Positions 48,563 to 63,701 of a stretch of DNA of 64,000 bases are shown piece by piece. The notes under the pieces were generated by a model. The model ran no database searches. It saw only the letters and a program-made list of their open reading frames with translations, and was not told where the DNA came from. Source of the stretch: Vezdaea acicularis (lineage: Eukaryota); NCBI GenBank assembly GCA_026025075.1, contig JAPEUI010000004.1, positions 186,001 to 250,000 of the forward strand, given 5' to 3'. Position 1 is the stretch's first letter. Each line of letters opens with the position of its first letter. Made by a program: the position numbers and the translations under genes.

Positions 48563-49606
48563 ATGGCAGCGCCTGCCTTTCTGGGACTGCGACTGCGTAC
48601 CGTGAAACGATTCAAGGTGTGTGTACTTTGTAGATCAAGTGCTTAGGTATTGAATTAATCTATATCTTACGTTTGTGCAGCGTATGCCACACTTTTCACA
48701 AACCGCAACATCACCCCTCTCAACTTCAGCTCCATACACAGCTACGTCAAAACATCCTCCGTAAGATCTTATGGTCATCTGTGTCGCGAGACTGGATGCT
48801 CATGCATACGTTTTAGGTCGCTTTCGCAGTCAATAGAAGAGCATGAGCCGCGATTACCACGAACCATTCAAGCAGTTTATCTAAAGCCTTTAAAGCGACA
48901 GGCTCAGCTTGGTCTTCCAGTATGCGACCTGCAAATGCGATCATACAGCGTCCGCAATCTCGAATTTTTCGCAGACTTTGCCCTCCGAGCAGCGTACTAC
49001 CTGCACCTCTCTGCATCTGGGCCTTCTCCGCTTCCTCGAATAACAGAACGCTGGACAGTGCCCCGAAGCGTGTTTGTCCACAAGAAGAGCCAGGAAAACT
49101 TTGAAAGAATCACATTAAGACGATTGATTCAGATCAAAGATGGTCACCCGGAGACCGTTGAGGTATGGTTGGCGTACTTAAGAAAGCATGCGTTTTATGG
49201 TATAGGGATGAAGGCGAATGTGTGGCGATATGACAGATTAGGTGAGCGTTGCTTAAGCTTCCACTAATATCACTATGCTCATATCTTGGTAGGCGTATCT
49301 AAATCAATGGATTTGAACCTTGAGGAGATGAAGACAATCCTCGAGCGTAAGCTGGCACATTTCGGGCGCAGCGGACCTACACAGGAACTAGAGTCGCCTG
49401 ATACAGCTACGGAGCTAATAAGCAGCGAGAAATATAGAGGGGCGGTCAACGAACCTCTCATAGATAGGCGCAGTAAACTGAGAAGGCTAGATACACGAAA
49501 CACATTAAAGGAGCTATTGACAGGTTATAAGGCTTCACAAGGGGATAAAGACAGTAACACTAGCGACAGGATTACACAGGTCGAAGGCGTAAACAAAGAC
49601 TTATAA
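48563..49606 (+). CDS. RSM10: Mitochondrial ribosomal protein S10 (uS10m)
   Basis: RSYSVRNLEFFADFALRAAYYL...GPSPLPRITERWTVPRSVFVHKKSQENFERITLRRLIQ. Confidence 0.88.
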
Positions 49607-49921
49607 TACTTCTCGTGGAAGTTATTCTGATCCTTGTAAAGGGGGGCTTGCTTGTGGTCAGAACCCTAAAGGGGTCTATGACGCTGGTGCTGGCGTTAAT
49701 CGATATAATTTGATGGATCGACCATGCGAGTTCACGCTGATACACTTCTGGTATTCACTTACACTGTACTCCATAATCATTTGAATAGCTTCGAATGTAT
49801 CAATAAATATTTCACAAATAATGGTGGATAGAATAGGCGCCCACGTGACGATGAATAAGCGCTCTCTGTACACCTGAGGTAGTCTGCCGCTCGCAATGCA
49901 ACGTGCTAGGAGGATCGCGAC

Positions 49922-51286
49922 ATGCTTCGATCATCAAACCGCCATGTAGGAACACTTCAACAGTATAGCATTCCCAGGTGGTCTTGGATAGCCTCCTATC
50001 GGCTTTTTGACTCGAGAAGGCCTTATAGCGCATTTAGCTCTAGCCAAGTGCCCACCCAACGTGTCATATTTTCTGGTATACAACCAACCGGTGTCCCGCA
50101 CCTAGGGAACTATCTTGGAGCTTTACGTCAATGGGTCGAATTACAAACGCAGCCAGCTAAGGATACAAGACTCTTGTTCTGCATTGTAGATCTGCACGCT
50201 TTGACCCAACTTCAGGACCCGAAGCAGCTGCGGCAATGGAAGAGAGATACGATCATAAGCATGCTGGCTGTCGGCATGGACCCAGAGCGCTCCATCATGT
50301 TCAATCAATCTGACGTATTCTTCACCCAAAAAGTTCGCTACATGCACTAGACTGACTTTTCCAGGTTCCGGCCCATACAGAGCTTATGTGGATCTTGAGC
50401 TGTATTGCGTCTACTGGATATCTTTCACGGATGACTCAGTGGAAGGTTAGATTGCCCTTCCCAACTTCTAGGGCGAGACTAATCTGCATCAGAGCAAGCT
50501 ACGTGTCTCTCCGACAGCATCTTTCCGGGACTCAGAGGCGAGTCGGAAGCTGAAGCTAGGGCTGTTCTCCTATCCGGTACTACAGGCTGCAGATATTCTT
50601 GTCCATCGGTTCGACTTTCCAAATTTGTTCCCCTGTTATCTTCATATATTGACTGGCTAGTGCTACGCATGTTCCTGTAGGAGCCGACCAGATGCAGCAT
50701 CTAGAATTTGCTCGCGAGTGCGCGAGCAGTTTTAATCATCTGTATGGCTATCATCTACCGTTACCGGAGACCATGCTTTGTAAGTGACCTCGCAGAAGTT
50801 CAGTTGAACGAAGCTGAGCTCTTGGCAGCACAAGCAAAGAAGGTGATGTCACTAAAGCACCCCCACCTTAAGATGTCTAAGTCGCACGAAGACTCTCGGT
50901 CGAGAATTCTCCTCACAGAGACCCCGGAACACGTGCGCGACAAGATCAATTACGCTCTTACCGACTCCGAACCTGGTGTGACATATGATCCAGCGCGAAG
51001 GCCGGGTGTCTCAAATTTAATTGAGATTGTATCGCATCTCAGCCGGGGGAACCAGTCGTACCAAGAGGTTGCTCGAACATATGAAGGGTTGAGCTTGAGA
51101 ATCTTCAAGGAGGAAGTGTCGAGTTGCATTTCGAGTCATCTTTCCCCCATTCGGGACCGATTTGAAGAATTCACGCATAAAGAAGGCGGAAAATTCGTCG
51201 ATCGAATTGCATCTGAAGGCGCAGGCAAGGCTAGAGTCGGAGCCGGAGTAACTTTGGAGCTGCTCAAACATGCGATTGGTCTGTGA
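49922..51286 (+). CDS. MSW1: Mitochondrial tryptophanyl-tRNA synthetase
   Basis: FSGIQPTGVPHLGNYLGA (HIGH), SYPVLQAADIL, VPVGADQ.QHLE, KMSKS; presequence-like N-terminus. Confidence 0.93.
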
Positions 51287-51669
51287 CTCCCTCTAGGAGG
51301 AAGCGACTAAAGGTTGTAGAGCTCTGGGTGTCTCCTTGAGAATTCGGCTGAATATTATCATGCCCTTTTTCTGGAAGACTTCAGTTAACTAGGGACGTGT
51401 GGGGAAAGTTTCAAGTTCCATACATACGAGAATGACGCAAGCAGGGATTATATTATGATATTAGAATTAAAATAATATATTTACGATTATTGCCTCATTC
51501 GTTCCTAATAGAGCTTGTACTAATCTATTCACTGGACCCAGCGAGCTACGTCGGCACCTGAGGTGCGAAACTAGTGTTTGGCTTTTGGTAAGATCTGGTC
51601 ATAGCGCACTCAGATTTACTTGCATGTGCATCCACAACGACAAAATCAATCAGCATACCAAATTGGACC

Positions 51670-52832
51670 ATGTTTCAAAGATATCGGCGATCCACTAAAC
51701 CCTGTATTAGAGGGCTTATAACCCAGGCTCTTAAGCTACCTTCCAATCGATCTTACAGATCTCTTGCTTACACAGTTCACGCGCCCTCTACATCTAACCC
51801 ATCAAACATCCAAAATGCTCCGATACTGTTCATGCACGGTCTCTTTGGCTCAAGGAAGAACAACCGGAGCATCAGTAAGTAAGGAAACATCTGAAAATAC
51901 GGTTCGCCCTGGTTGACTGTAGTGTGGCAGGGCGCTAGCTCGAGACCTTGGTAAAGCAGTCTTCGCAATCGTAAGTTGAACTTCAATTCCGGACCTGGTG
52001 TTGGCTTTACATCTTGAAATAGGACTTGAGAAACCATGGCGATTCATTCCACGACCCTAGGCATGACTACATAGCAATGGCAGAGGATATTGAAGATTTC
52101 ATTAGTGAGCAGAAATTGGAGAATGCGACTTTGATTGGCCACTCAATGTATACTGTGCTTGTCTGTCAATAAGCATTCAATACTAAAGTTTGCAGGGGTG
52201 CTAAAACTGCCATGACCGTGGCTTTGAGATCACCAAATCTAATAGAAAGTTTGATATCGGTTGATAACGCTCCTATTGATGCAGCATTACAAAGCGATTT
52301 TGGCAAGTATATCCGAGGAATGCAAAGAATTGAAGATATCGGAGTGAAGAGGCAGAGCGAGGCCGACGAAATTCTCAAGGAATACGAAACTGTGAGTCAC
52401 TTTGTATTCATTGTGAACGACGCAAGCTAAGCCAGACATAGTCCCTTCCCATTCGCCAATTCCTACTCACAAACCTTTTTCGAGATCCACAAACAGGCCT
52501 GCAAAGGTTTCGATTACCGCTAAAGTTTCTTGCCTCCGATCTTGACAACATGGCAGATTTCCCCTTCAGAAATCCAGATGAAGTCCGCTTTGAGAAGCCA
52601 ACACTGTTTGTGCGAGGCACGAAAAGCCATTATGTTTCAGACGACGCTCTGCCTGTAATTGGACGCTTCTTTCCGACGTTTGAACTTAGGGACATAGAGG
52701 CTGGTCATTGGGTTATATCGGAAAACCCCGAAGCTTTCAAGAACGGTCAGTTGAATTCACGACTACCCCTAGAGCTTCTGGATTGCTGATCCACATTCAG
52801 TTGTCGTTGAATTCCTTCAAAAGAAGGATTAG
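51670..52832 (+). CDS. Mitochondrial alpha/beta hydrolase (ABHD11/Imo32-like)
   Basis: MHGLFGSRKNNRS, DLRNHGDS, IGHSM/GAKTAM, GHWVISENP. Confidence 0.85.
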
Positions 52833-52940
52833 AATTAGTCCTTATGCATTATCGGCTATCTGATATACCCGAGACACCCTAGAGTACCATCAGGATTTAG
52901 GCTTCATACATGTGAAATATGCGGGTTGCTGCAACACAAG

Positions 52941-53758
52941 TTAACAGGAACAGAGGGAGGCTCCTATTCCTCGTCTCCGACTAAGCTCGATAGTGTCATT
53001 GTCACCCCTGGACAGTAGACTCGCTAGCTGTGGGCTGAGGACTATTCGATCGACTACCTCGATGAATGGTTTCCTAACGTTTTCGCGCGTCTTAGAGCTG
53101 ACCTCACAGAATAGAGCCCCGCGTCGCTTCGCTAGTGCCTCGCCCTCTTCAGAAAACACCATTCTTGAAGAGGTTCGATCGACCTTGCTACCGACCTACG
53201 ATTACATGTCAGCATTGGAAGTCTCATAAAGAACGAGCGTACTAGATAAAAAACAGCGCCTGGTGTAGCCTGTGCCTCTGCTTCATCGAACCACCGATCC
53301 ATGGCGAGGAAGCTTTCGCGGCTACAAGTATCATATACGAGAATAACGCCATGTGCTCCACGATAGTAGCTGTTAGACAGTGTGCGAAATCTTTCTAGGA
53401 CTGTATCAGCTTAACTGATGTGGCTCTAGAGTATTGAACATTTACCCTGCCCTGCCGTATCGAGGAGATTCAGCCGGTATGGTGTGCCTCGCACTGAAAC
53501 CTTCTTGATCTAGAAGGTATTAGTAGTAATTTATGAAGGCGTCGTGTAAGAACCCGCCTTGAAATCAACCCCTATGGTAGCCGTGGACGATTCGGAATCG
53601 AAGAAATCATCGCAATATCTAATTAGAACTTTGATGTGCCTTATTCAGCATAGGCAATTGGCAACCGAGCACCATTTTGGCTCACGGGTGCTCTTGCCTG
53701 CGCCGGACGGGCCAATAAGTAACACCTTGAGAGTGGGCAAGGCTTCTTCGGAGGCCAT
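52941..53758 (-). CDS. Rab-family GTPase, Rab18-like
   Basis: [47 protein letters not shown], C-terminal CSC prenylation motif. Confidence 0.85.
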
Positions 53759-54141
53759 GAGAAAAGTGATGAAGCCAGCAGTAGAAAGCACGTCATAGAG
53801 TTCTATGAGCGTGAGAACACTATTATAATGTGGTGCGATAATGTTTCAACGCAGCACCCCTAGCCAAAGAAAAGCTGCGCGATGTAGTTCTGGGAGAGAG
53901 GCAACTCTACGGGACTACGCCGGCATTATTAACGATCGCTTAATCACTAGGCTCACACATCCTAAGATCCACCCTAAGATCTTTAGTATGCACAAAATCA
54001 GAATCTACAGACCTTTGGGTGGTCACCAGAGGGAATTTTGTGATCTGCAATCTATTGGTCTTTACAGACTGGAGGTATGGACGAATAGTTTCCCAAAGCC
54101 ACACTAGTTCCCATCGTTGCACCTTTCCCATTGAGGCCACA

Positions 54142-55238
54142 TTATACATTATCTAATGGCGTTGGCTCCTTGAACTCCCGCTCGACCTGCAGTGTAGCAT
54201 GTTAGGAGGATACCTACATTTATTGTTGAGATGGACAAGGATACAAACTAACCTTTTGGCCTTGCTCGTCTGTCGTAGACTCGCCATGGAGATTGAGGAG
54301 AGCACCCAAATCGAACTTGGGCGCTTTCAGTAGCTTTACCTTTCGGATATGAACCTTGATAGCTCCCCTATTAGTGATGGTGCAGTTGAAATTGGTAATG
54401 AAGCTCTGGAAAACCTACATTTTGAAGAGGGTAAATTCCTTGCGTTGCTTTCTCAATCTCCCGTCCAATCACTTCGGGTATTAGTTTCGCAGTTAATTGT
54501 GATAGTGTGCAACTACTAGCTTCTCTCTGGATTATCTCAACCATTTTCTTGCGGATAGAGCGGATTTGGGATGATGCGGCGTAGGTTGTCTTTTTGATCT
54601 GGTTGGGTCGGCGTTTGGTAAAGGCGATCGCAAACAATCGGAGAAGGTAATCATCGGTGGTTTTGACAGTCACATTGGCCTCAATGAGAGTTTGCCACTT
54701 TCGAACAAGGGATCGCAGCTTATCGGATGTAAAATCGAGTCCGTAGAAGTTTGTAAGACAGTTCTTGCCCTGCACTTCATCTACTCTCAATTTGACCTTT
54801 CGGAATGCATGGTCCTCATCCTTCTGCAAGTCTGCCAATGACACCTCGAAAATTCTCCCTTTCAGAGCATCGTTTGCATTCTTCAAACCAGTCGTCCGAT
54901 TGACTAAGGTCTTGCCAACACTGCCATTTTCGTCAGATAAATTTCGGTTGACTCGAGGCTGGTTTCCTTTACTTACTCTCTAACCTGGAAGGTGGACGGA
55001 GCCTGGCTTATTAGGACTTACTCCAAAGCTTGGGTTCACGCAACAGCTTACTTTAACAGAGTACCAGTCCTTCCTCGTGAAAGGGTCTTGTGTCTTCTTC
55101 TTCAGGCCTTTCTTGCCCTTAGATAGCCGTTTGTTCCTAAAAATTTCATTATTACCTAATTCATCCCCACCAACAGGACTCGCAAGAAGTAGCAGAGCAG
55201 AGGCTGGAGCAGAATATGACTTACTTGCCAACAGCCAT
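54142..55238 (-). CDS. RPS1: 40S ribosomal protein eS1 (S1/S3a)
   Basis: [73 protein letters not shown]. Confidence 0.95.
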
Positions 55239-57297
55239 GCTTTCAAGCTGACGATGACTTGGTTAAAAGGCTCTATGATTGAGCTCGTAAAGATCAGTGA
55301 AAAGGTGTTTTGGTGGAGAGCGAAGTTCAAGGTTTGACGACTAGGTGCGCTAAGCGAGTTTCCAGGGCTAGCCCGACGAGCAGTCTCCCCATCTTAGCGA
55401 CGCGTCCATCTCTCTTGTAAAATCCAGTTGATAACTTGAGCGCATAACTAGTTGCAACGCCAACGGTGAAATCGAATGTTCAGCCTCCAACAAGCGTGTT
55501 TTTCGTTGGCTAAAGAACATAAGCAGTATCAGACTCGTATTGGTGATAGAGTTTGGACTGCACATCGAAGTTGTAACGTAGGACGCTCACTCTTCGATCT
55601 GGGATTTCTCTAAGGAGTTGCATGCACTTTGAAATTCATTTTCTCTGGCAATATACCTACTCGCCTCTTAAGAGGTGTGGGGCTAATATATGACCTTTCA
55701 ACCTGAGCAAAATGGGTGCCTCTTTGGGTTTACAACTCTTGGGGACTTTCCCTCCAAAGCTGTGGCGCCTTCTATCTTTCAATTTGCAGCACCTATACCT
55801 TTTCCTGCGTCATGAAAACTGCTTTTGAGCGCTCAAAAATGGTTCATACGCCTGTTTGGGTCTATAGCGTTATATGACCTACGCTACTAACTATAGCATT
55901 TGAGGATGTCTCGCGTGGATTCTTTATGGATTCAAAGTCGGGAAAGCTTATGTATTCGACTGATTTTAGGTCAACTCTGAGTCTTCATGTCACAACTCAA
56001 ATTTCTTTCCTCACCTCGACGCTTAAGTTCAGGTCTGTCCTTTGTCCTCTCACCTAGTTGAACCTGTTCTGAGCTTTTTCTGCTTGAAGCTGCTATCGAT
56101 AGCGACGAAGACGCGTTGTCTGTGGCGGCTGCAATCTGTGACGCATGACTGGAATGTGCTATCTTTGCCAGCGAGGCTGTGGCCTTGGGTGATACGCAAG
56201 ATGCTGTAATGTAGGAAATTTGGGAGCTAACGGAGGCTGGACTGACCCTAGACGGGGTGAGAGAGGGCTGCCTGCTGGTTAGTTCAGGGTTGAATGTCCC
56301 CATTGGCGATGCTCGCAAGTCCGGTACGATCTGGGAGCTTGGGATACAAGACAACCAAAGGAAGCCTGAAGTAGAGCTTAGGACGTAGTTCAGCAGTATG
56401 GATCGAGATGGGCGGGTGCCGCCTTTCAAGCAAACCCTCTTGAAGAAAGTCGGGTTGGCAACAAGGCCAGCGAAACTGCTCGGCGAACGACAAATTGCAG
56501 CTCAATGAGCTGCTATTGGGCCTGGAGTTAAGGTCCATCCAGAATTGAGCCAAGCATTGGCCAACAACACCTGTAGAGTAGCAACAACTCACCAGCAGCT
56601 ACTGGACCGGGAAGACGGAGCGTAAGCATGGATGCGAACAATATACTTGCAATGATGTAATCCAGATTCCTTTTCAGTGCGGGAGTCTTGAAATTGGAAT
56701 TGGCGATGTTGTGTGGCCCTTCGTATCGGCCTCTCTTCGCTGAGAATATGTCATTATCAGCAGGAATATGCAGGATGCGTTGTTTGGAGTAACCGAATTG
56801 CTCCCTAGAAACTTATACTATGACTAAAAGGGCTATAAAGACTGCCCTGTGATTGACAAGTACAGGGTGGGGGAGAATGCTATTCATCCATCGAAGAATT
56901 TTTAGGTTCATTCGGTTACCCGAGAAACACCCTTGTCGGACCCTTTAAATCGCTCCACGTCACGGAAGGTAATCCCTGCTTATGGCCGTACCTTGTTTGG
57001 ATGCCAGAGAAAAGCATGGAATATGATCTTCTATACTCATGGAAGGTCTGCGATGAATGTCTGGCTTTGAAGCTATGTTGCTCGTAACATCTTGTATGGC
57101 TCACTCCTAGAAGATCCCTGCCTTTTGATGCAGTGGCAGCCCGCGCTAACACTAAGCGCTCCCTAATCCCCTTCTGATAACATTCGAGACTGTAGGAGAG
57201 CTGGTAGTAATGATAGATATCCAGTGTGACCAAGAAATCACACCAGAGGTGCTGATATTGGGGCCCGAGGTTTATTAGGATTGTCCTAGTTAATTCG

Positions 57298-59386
57298 CTA
57301 ATGCTGTAAAAAGACGCAAGTCAACATTGAACGATGTCTCTCTGTGCGCAGATATCTCTCACATCAATATCATCCCAAGCACGGCCTTGGACATTCGATA
57401 ATTCATCCATGGTCATTACTTTGCCTGTAGTGACTGAATAGATAATACATGAGATCACGTTTCAGTTGAGGAAGGGATAGAATTATGCTCACAGTAACCA
57501 GCGTGTATTTTGGCGTCGATTTCAACTCGGCTGTCTTCTGGAATAAGCTCATCCGGAATCGGGACCCGCTCATGTATAGGAATCCCTTGCTCAACAATCG
57601 CATCGTGTTTCATACTGTGAGTGTCAACAGCACCGTATAAACTTTGGCTTTCAACAGTTTTGAGCTTTGAACCTTCGCCGGGAGACTCACTTTGACATGC
57701 TCAACATGCGGTCAATTTTGGTAATGCCGAGCCAATGAAGTATCTAGAAAATGTTTAGCTACTTGTGCTTCATCTTGGCGCACATCAGAGAGACTTACAT
57801 CGGGCATTAGTGCCTGGAAGCGCATGTCCTATTGACGTTACTTATTAATGAGCACTACCAATCCTGTCAGGGCTTTGAATACCTTGACCCCAGCAATATT
57901 CTCAGTTCTTTTGAAGTATTCACTGGCTTCTACACAGGAGGTTTTAGTTACGTGAAGTGGCGCTACTCTCTCTAAAAGTGCTTACTGTCGGTACCGCGTT
58001 TCCCTGGCATACATCGTTAGACTACTGGTTTCTATGGATTGGAAACTTACTGGCGTTATAAACGAGGTACTTGGTTACTTCCCCTAACGCACGCCCTTCC
58101 TTGCGAAAATAGATGACAACCCCGCTGCCCCCCTTTTGAGCCTCTTTGACCGCCTCTTCCACACCAAAGATGAGATAAGGCCTGCAAGTACATATATCGG
58201 ATCCAAAAACGTCACTACCGTTACACTCGTCATGAACTCGTAAAGCGAGTCTTACATTCTTGTCTGACATCTTTGCGGGGTCGCCAAAGCAATATACAGT
58301 GAGCCCTCCGATAGGGGGAAGGAATAGCTTGATGTCACCTCTAGTGATTAGTTCGGGAAATGACCCTCCAGTGTTCTCGAAAAGTGACCTCCGAAGAGCG
58401 CCTTCATCTGTATACAGGAATGAGCACGTCGTACAGACTCTGGAAGGCATGCAATGCCTAATTGCTAGTTGATACCTATGAGATTCACGTACCTATGCCG
58501 AAACGTTTCGCGACTCCCGGTAAATACCAAACGGGCTCAACAGCAAATTTAGTGACTGCAAGCTCTCCACTTTCATTGAGACATATCTTCCCATCTGGCT
58601 TGAGGCGGCCGGCCTTAACGCTCTGTTCCAATTCTGGTAATTTCATATGAGCTTTAGTGATAGCAATTGTGGGCCGGATGTCAATATTTTCTTTTTCAAT
58701 AATGTCTTTAAATAGCCACGGAGCGAGATGACCAAAGGGGTCCATAGAGCAGATTTTTCCAGGGTCAGCCCACTGCTTGAAAGGGCCAATATCAGTGGCA
58801 GGTTCTGTGTTTGTGAAATCAGGCCTATGATCAGCATCAAGATCGTGACTGGCAACTGCGAGCGCATGGTAAATTGAGTATGAACCTCCGTGAGCCCCAA
58901 TGGCTGTTGTATTTGTTCACATTAGCAGGTTTTTTTTATTAAGTCTTCTCTTTTGAAGGCGGAGCAGCTCTTACCGTTCCTTCTCCGGATCGTGCTGTGG
59001 CTTCTAGAGACAACCACTGGCCCACGCTTTGCGGCATCGTACTCGCCCCATTTCATCAAGATGGGTTCAATGCCAGCTTGAGCGGGGTAAGTGGTAAGTA
59101 TGATTCGTGAGGTAATTGCAGTAGATCTTGGTACTTCGGTCGCTGGTTGCTCCTCAATTTTCTGAGCTGCTGCCGGCTGAACAACATTGCTGGGATTGTC
59201 GCTGTAAGGAAAATCTTTCTTCGTCACATCTCCTTTGAGCTGCTGAGTCACGGAAATCATGTTTACTCGATTGTCAAGAGCCTCAATTGCTGCAGCTAGG
59301 TTTGTTTGGTCGGCTTGAATTGCCTTTAAGGTTTTGAGGATATCCTCCATGACGCCACCTTGATTGGGAGTCGTATCGGAAGCCAT
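57298..59386 (-). CDS. urg1: GTP cyclohydrolase II-like uracil-regulated protein (Urg1/Urc1)
   Basis: RIILTTYP, RGPVVVSR...RRRN/AIGAHGGSYSIYHALA, RVHDECNGSDVFGSDICTCRPYL, YFRKEGRALGEVTKYLVYNA, EIDAKIHAGY. Confidence 0.9.
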
Positions 59387-59821
59387 AACTAGCGTATCGC
59401 TCACAAGGCGACAGAGTTTTCTTCCGTATATGGGTTACACTCCGTTTCGGAAGAAGTCTTATACGCTAGCCCCTATAATAACCTTCTTTGAAACCTAAGT
59501 AAATCGATCTTATGGGCCTTGAGGTGGCAGAGAAGATCAACGGATAACCCCACGAGCACTTACTATGACTAGTCTAAACGATTTGAAGCTCAGGAGAACA
59601 AATCTATTCGGTCGACCTGTTACAGTACGAATCAACTCTGAGGGTGTTTGTTCCTGGATTGCAAATGCAGGGATAGCTTTCGGCTTGGAGCTAAGACTCG
59701 CTAGAGCACGCCACCAAACTTATTGGTATTTCGCGCTAGTTGCTTGGGTAAGGCCGGCATCAAACATAGAATCACGGCGAGTGGCAGATAGCTGTATACA
59801 ATCCAAACTTTCACAATCTCG

Positions 59822-60411
59822 ATGGTAGTTCTAGACCAAGCTCACTATTGGAGTAATAACTAAGAACAGTCATATCAGGGAAAACGAAAGAAGTCGTCAA
59901 GAAAGCCTCAAGGCCCAAGAAAAGTGACTAGTTGCCGAATGAACGAATGCGCCTCGCTGACCTTTTGTGAAGAAAGAGACTCTACCATCCACTTTCGAAT
60001 GCCTGTTTTGCAACCACGAAAAATCAGTGGTTGTGAAGCTTGACAAAAAGGCCGGGACGGGCGAGTTATCCTGCAAAGTTTGCGGACAGCAGTATCAGAC
60101 AGGCATCAATTGTGAGTGAAGCAACGACAACCTCGATCCTATCGACAGTCCGCTTGAAGATTTTGCTTATTGGTGAGAAATCAGACCTTTCTGCGGCGGT
60201 AGACGTATACGCTGCCTGGATTGATGCCGCCGATGCAGTCAACAAAGGCGACCACGAAGATGACGAACCTCATCTCGTCCATGGAGCCCATCCTGCGCGT
60301 GGTAGCAAGGCGAACGGAGATGAGCAGGATGGGTATGCAGAACCGGATGCCGAAAACTTTATTGACGACAAGGAGGATCCCGGACGTTTAGACTTTGAAG
60401 ATGACGAGTAA
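59822..60411 (+). CDS. ELF1: Transcription elongation factor Elf1
   Basis: ATG|intron|[10 protein letters not shown]/..[13 protein letters not shown]...LSCKVCGQ/..[14 protein letters not shown]. Confidence 0.9.
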
Positions 60412-60825
60412 TATTTGTCAAGCGTAGGGTGTTGGAGAAGGGTACACAGACGTACTCAATCCGCATGCATGGATTGATGGTAATTGGGATAGCTAATGGC
60501 GACAAATGCAACGTACAGGACGCTTGTGTCTACTTTCTAGAGTTACTATGTCTTCAGAACTCGCTAAGAAAGGATATCATTGCCTATTGCAGTAGAAGCG
60601 CATTTGTGAATTAGGGCAAACTTTAGGCAGCTATATACGAAAGCCCCTAGAAATCGCACTCCAGTAAAGCAGCCACTTTAAGCTTATATACGGTAGTTAA
60701 TCACTTATAGCCTATACAATGGCGTGTAGAAGACGATCACGATCGCCAGTGCAAATGAAGCAACGTCATATCATTAGTCTCCGGGAGCAGACTTAAGGCC
60801 GCCTCAAGGAGGGTGTTGATGGATA

Positions 60826-61741
<916 letters not shown>

Positions 61742-62693
61742 CTTGTGTAACTTGATTCGAAGCCAAAATATGTATTGTTGCTTTAATCAAGCGCATGAAC
61801 CTGCTACTAATCCGCGCAAATGACTGAAAGGTTCCAGACTAGACTGAGAGAATTTGAAGGGAATATGCGTCGTTCACGAGGGGTGACAAGTTTGCTCGAT
61901 GTTGAGATTTCGTATCTTCAACGACCAGACCAGAAGACAGAGCAAGATGTACGTGTCTGTAAGATTGATCGCGGGAGACAATTATAAATATTCCCCCGCA
62001 ATACAAATGCATATCTTTTACTCACAGCAAATTGGGGGCCGCTTTACTGATCAAATGGCCGTGTGACACCTATCGTGACCTAGTGAGCCTCCTTATGAAC
62101 AAGCTTTCAATCAAGAAGTTTAATCGCTTGCGCGGATAACGTCTCGAGCAAAAGCGTCACCGAGCGTTTTAGCGCCGCGCTAACGTGGACCTCGCTTCTA
62201 CCCGAGCTAACCCCTGTCGAGCCAACCTCGAAAATGCATGGAAGCCATCTGTTTCTTCTAGCCCTGCAACGACGCCAGCTTGATGATATCAATATCACAA
62301 CGAATGAACACGCGAAGGTCTCAAGACTTGAGAACGTTCTGAGAGGATTTGCACCGAGCCAATGTCAAGGAAGCTTGGTTAAATTGATGTGGACGTCAAG
62401 GGTAACATGGCTAAGATAATTTACCCATTTGTCTGTTCTTGGCGTGTTACCAAGGCACCAACTTCGGTCTTGGTCATCCACGCACCTGCTCACTCGCGCA
62501 GGCCAATACATATCGATTGTTGTTCCTGCGTCTGGTGAAAGTCTAATAATGCATGATGGATAGCTGGGTATTTACACTCTTTATTCTCGTGTAAGCTAGG
62601 TCATGCGCTTAAGAGATTGGCGAAGCACTTGGGTCGTAAAAGGGTTGTGCCCACGTTCAACGCGACATCACACCCGGACGACTGATTTCACCC

Positions 62694-63701
62694 ATGGCTG
62701 CATTCTCCCGGGGATTACGTGTGCGCATGCCAGAAAATAATCTCTTTCTATATTACGGAGCACGAGACATGACGACGTCATTCCCCTCCCTTTCTGGCCA
62801 TAATCGTTGGTCAAAGATCAAGCACGACAAGGGCAAGGCTGATGCGCAAAAAAATAGACTGCGCTCTGCATTGTCGAAAGAGCTGATTCAAGCCTCAAAA
62901 TGTTGTCTTCACCCATTGGTACACCGTTAGTAAAGTATTTTGCCCCTCTAACTTGTTGTCACAGTATTAGGATCCGATCCAAAGGTCAATCCTCGTCTTG
63001 CCGCAGCAATTGCCAATGCTAGAAAAGGTAAGTGCGAATACGGATGCATCTGAACCTGAGTTTCTAATCTCACAGAGAAAGCTGGCTTCCCTAAATCTTC
63101 CATTGAGTCAGCTATTGCCCGCGGTCAGGGTGTTTCTGGAAATGGTTCACCACTAGAGAATGTTACACTTGAGGCACTCCTCCCGCAGGCAGTGGCTTTT
63201 GTAATCGATTGCCAGACCGATAATAAGACTAGGTGTCTTCAAGAACTGCGCCTCCTTGTGAAAAGTCATGGGGGTACTGTCACATCAACTGCCTATCTTT
63301 TTGAAAAGAGGGGCCGACTAGTATTCGAGAAAGCCGAAAAAGCCGTCGATGATATATTGGAAGTAATAGTTGAGGCTGACGTGCACGATATGGAGACGGA
63401 CGAGAGTGGTAATGTTCTAGTGTTTACACACCCAAGTGATACTGTCATGACTGGGGCAAAAATATCGGAAAGAACGGGTATTCGGATGCACAGCTCTAAC
63501 ATCATATATCATCCGATTGAAGATACCCGAGTCCCTATAGATACGAAAGCGAGCGTGGAGGCTTTAACAGCGTTCATCACGGACATACAGCAAGAGTCCG
63601 CTGTTCAGGGTATATACTTCAATGCGGCGCAAGGCAAGGTTGGTGATCAGGAATGGGTAGGGCTACAAAACAGCATAGATGGTTCAGGAAATAGCCTTTG
63701 A
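62694..63701 (+). CDS. YebC/TACO1-family mitochondrial translational activator (Dpc29-like)
   Basis: SGHNRWSKIKHDKG, NPRLAAAIANARK, IESAIARG, IDCQTDNKTR, YLFEKRG. Confidence 0.85.
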
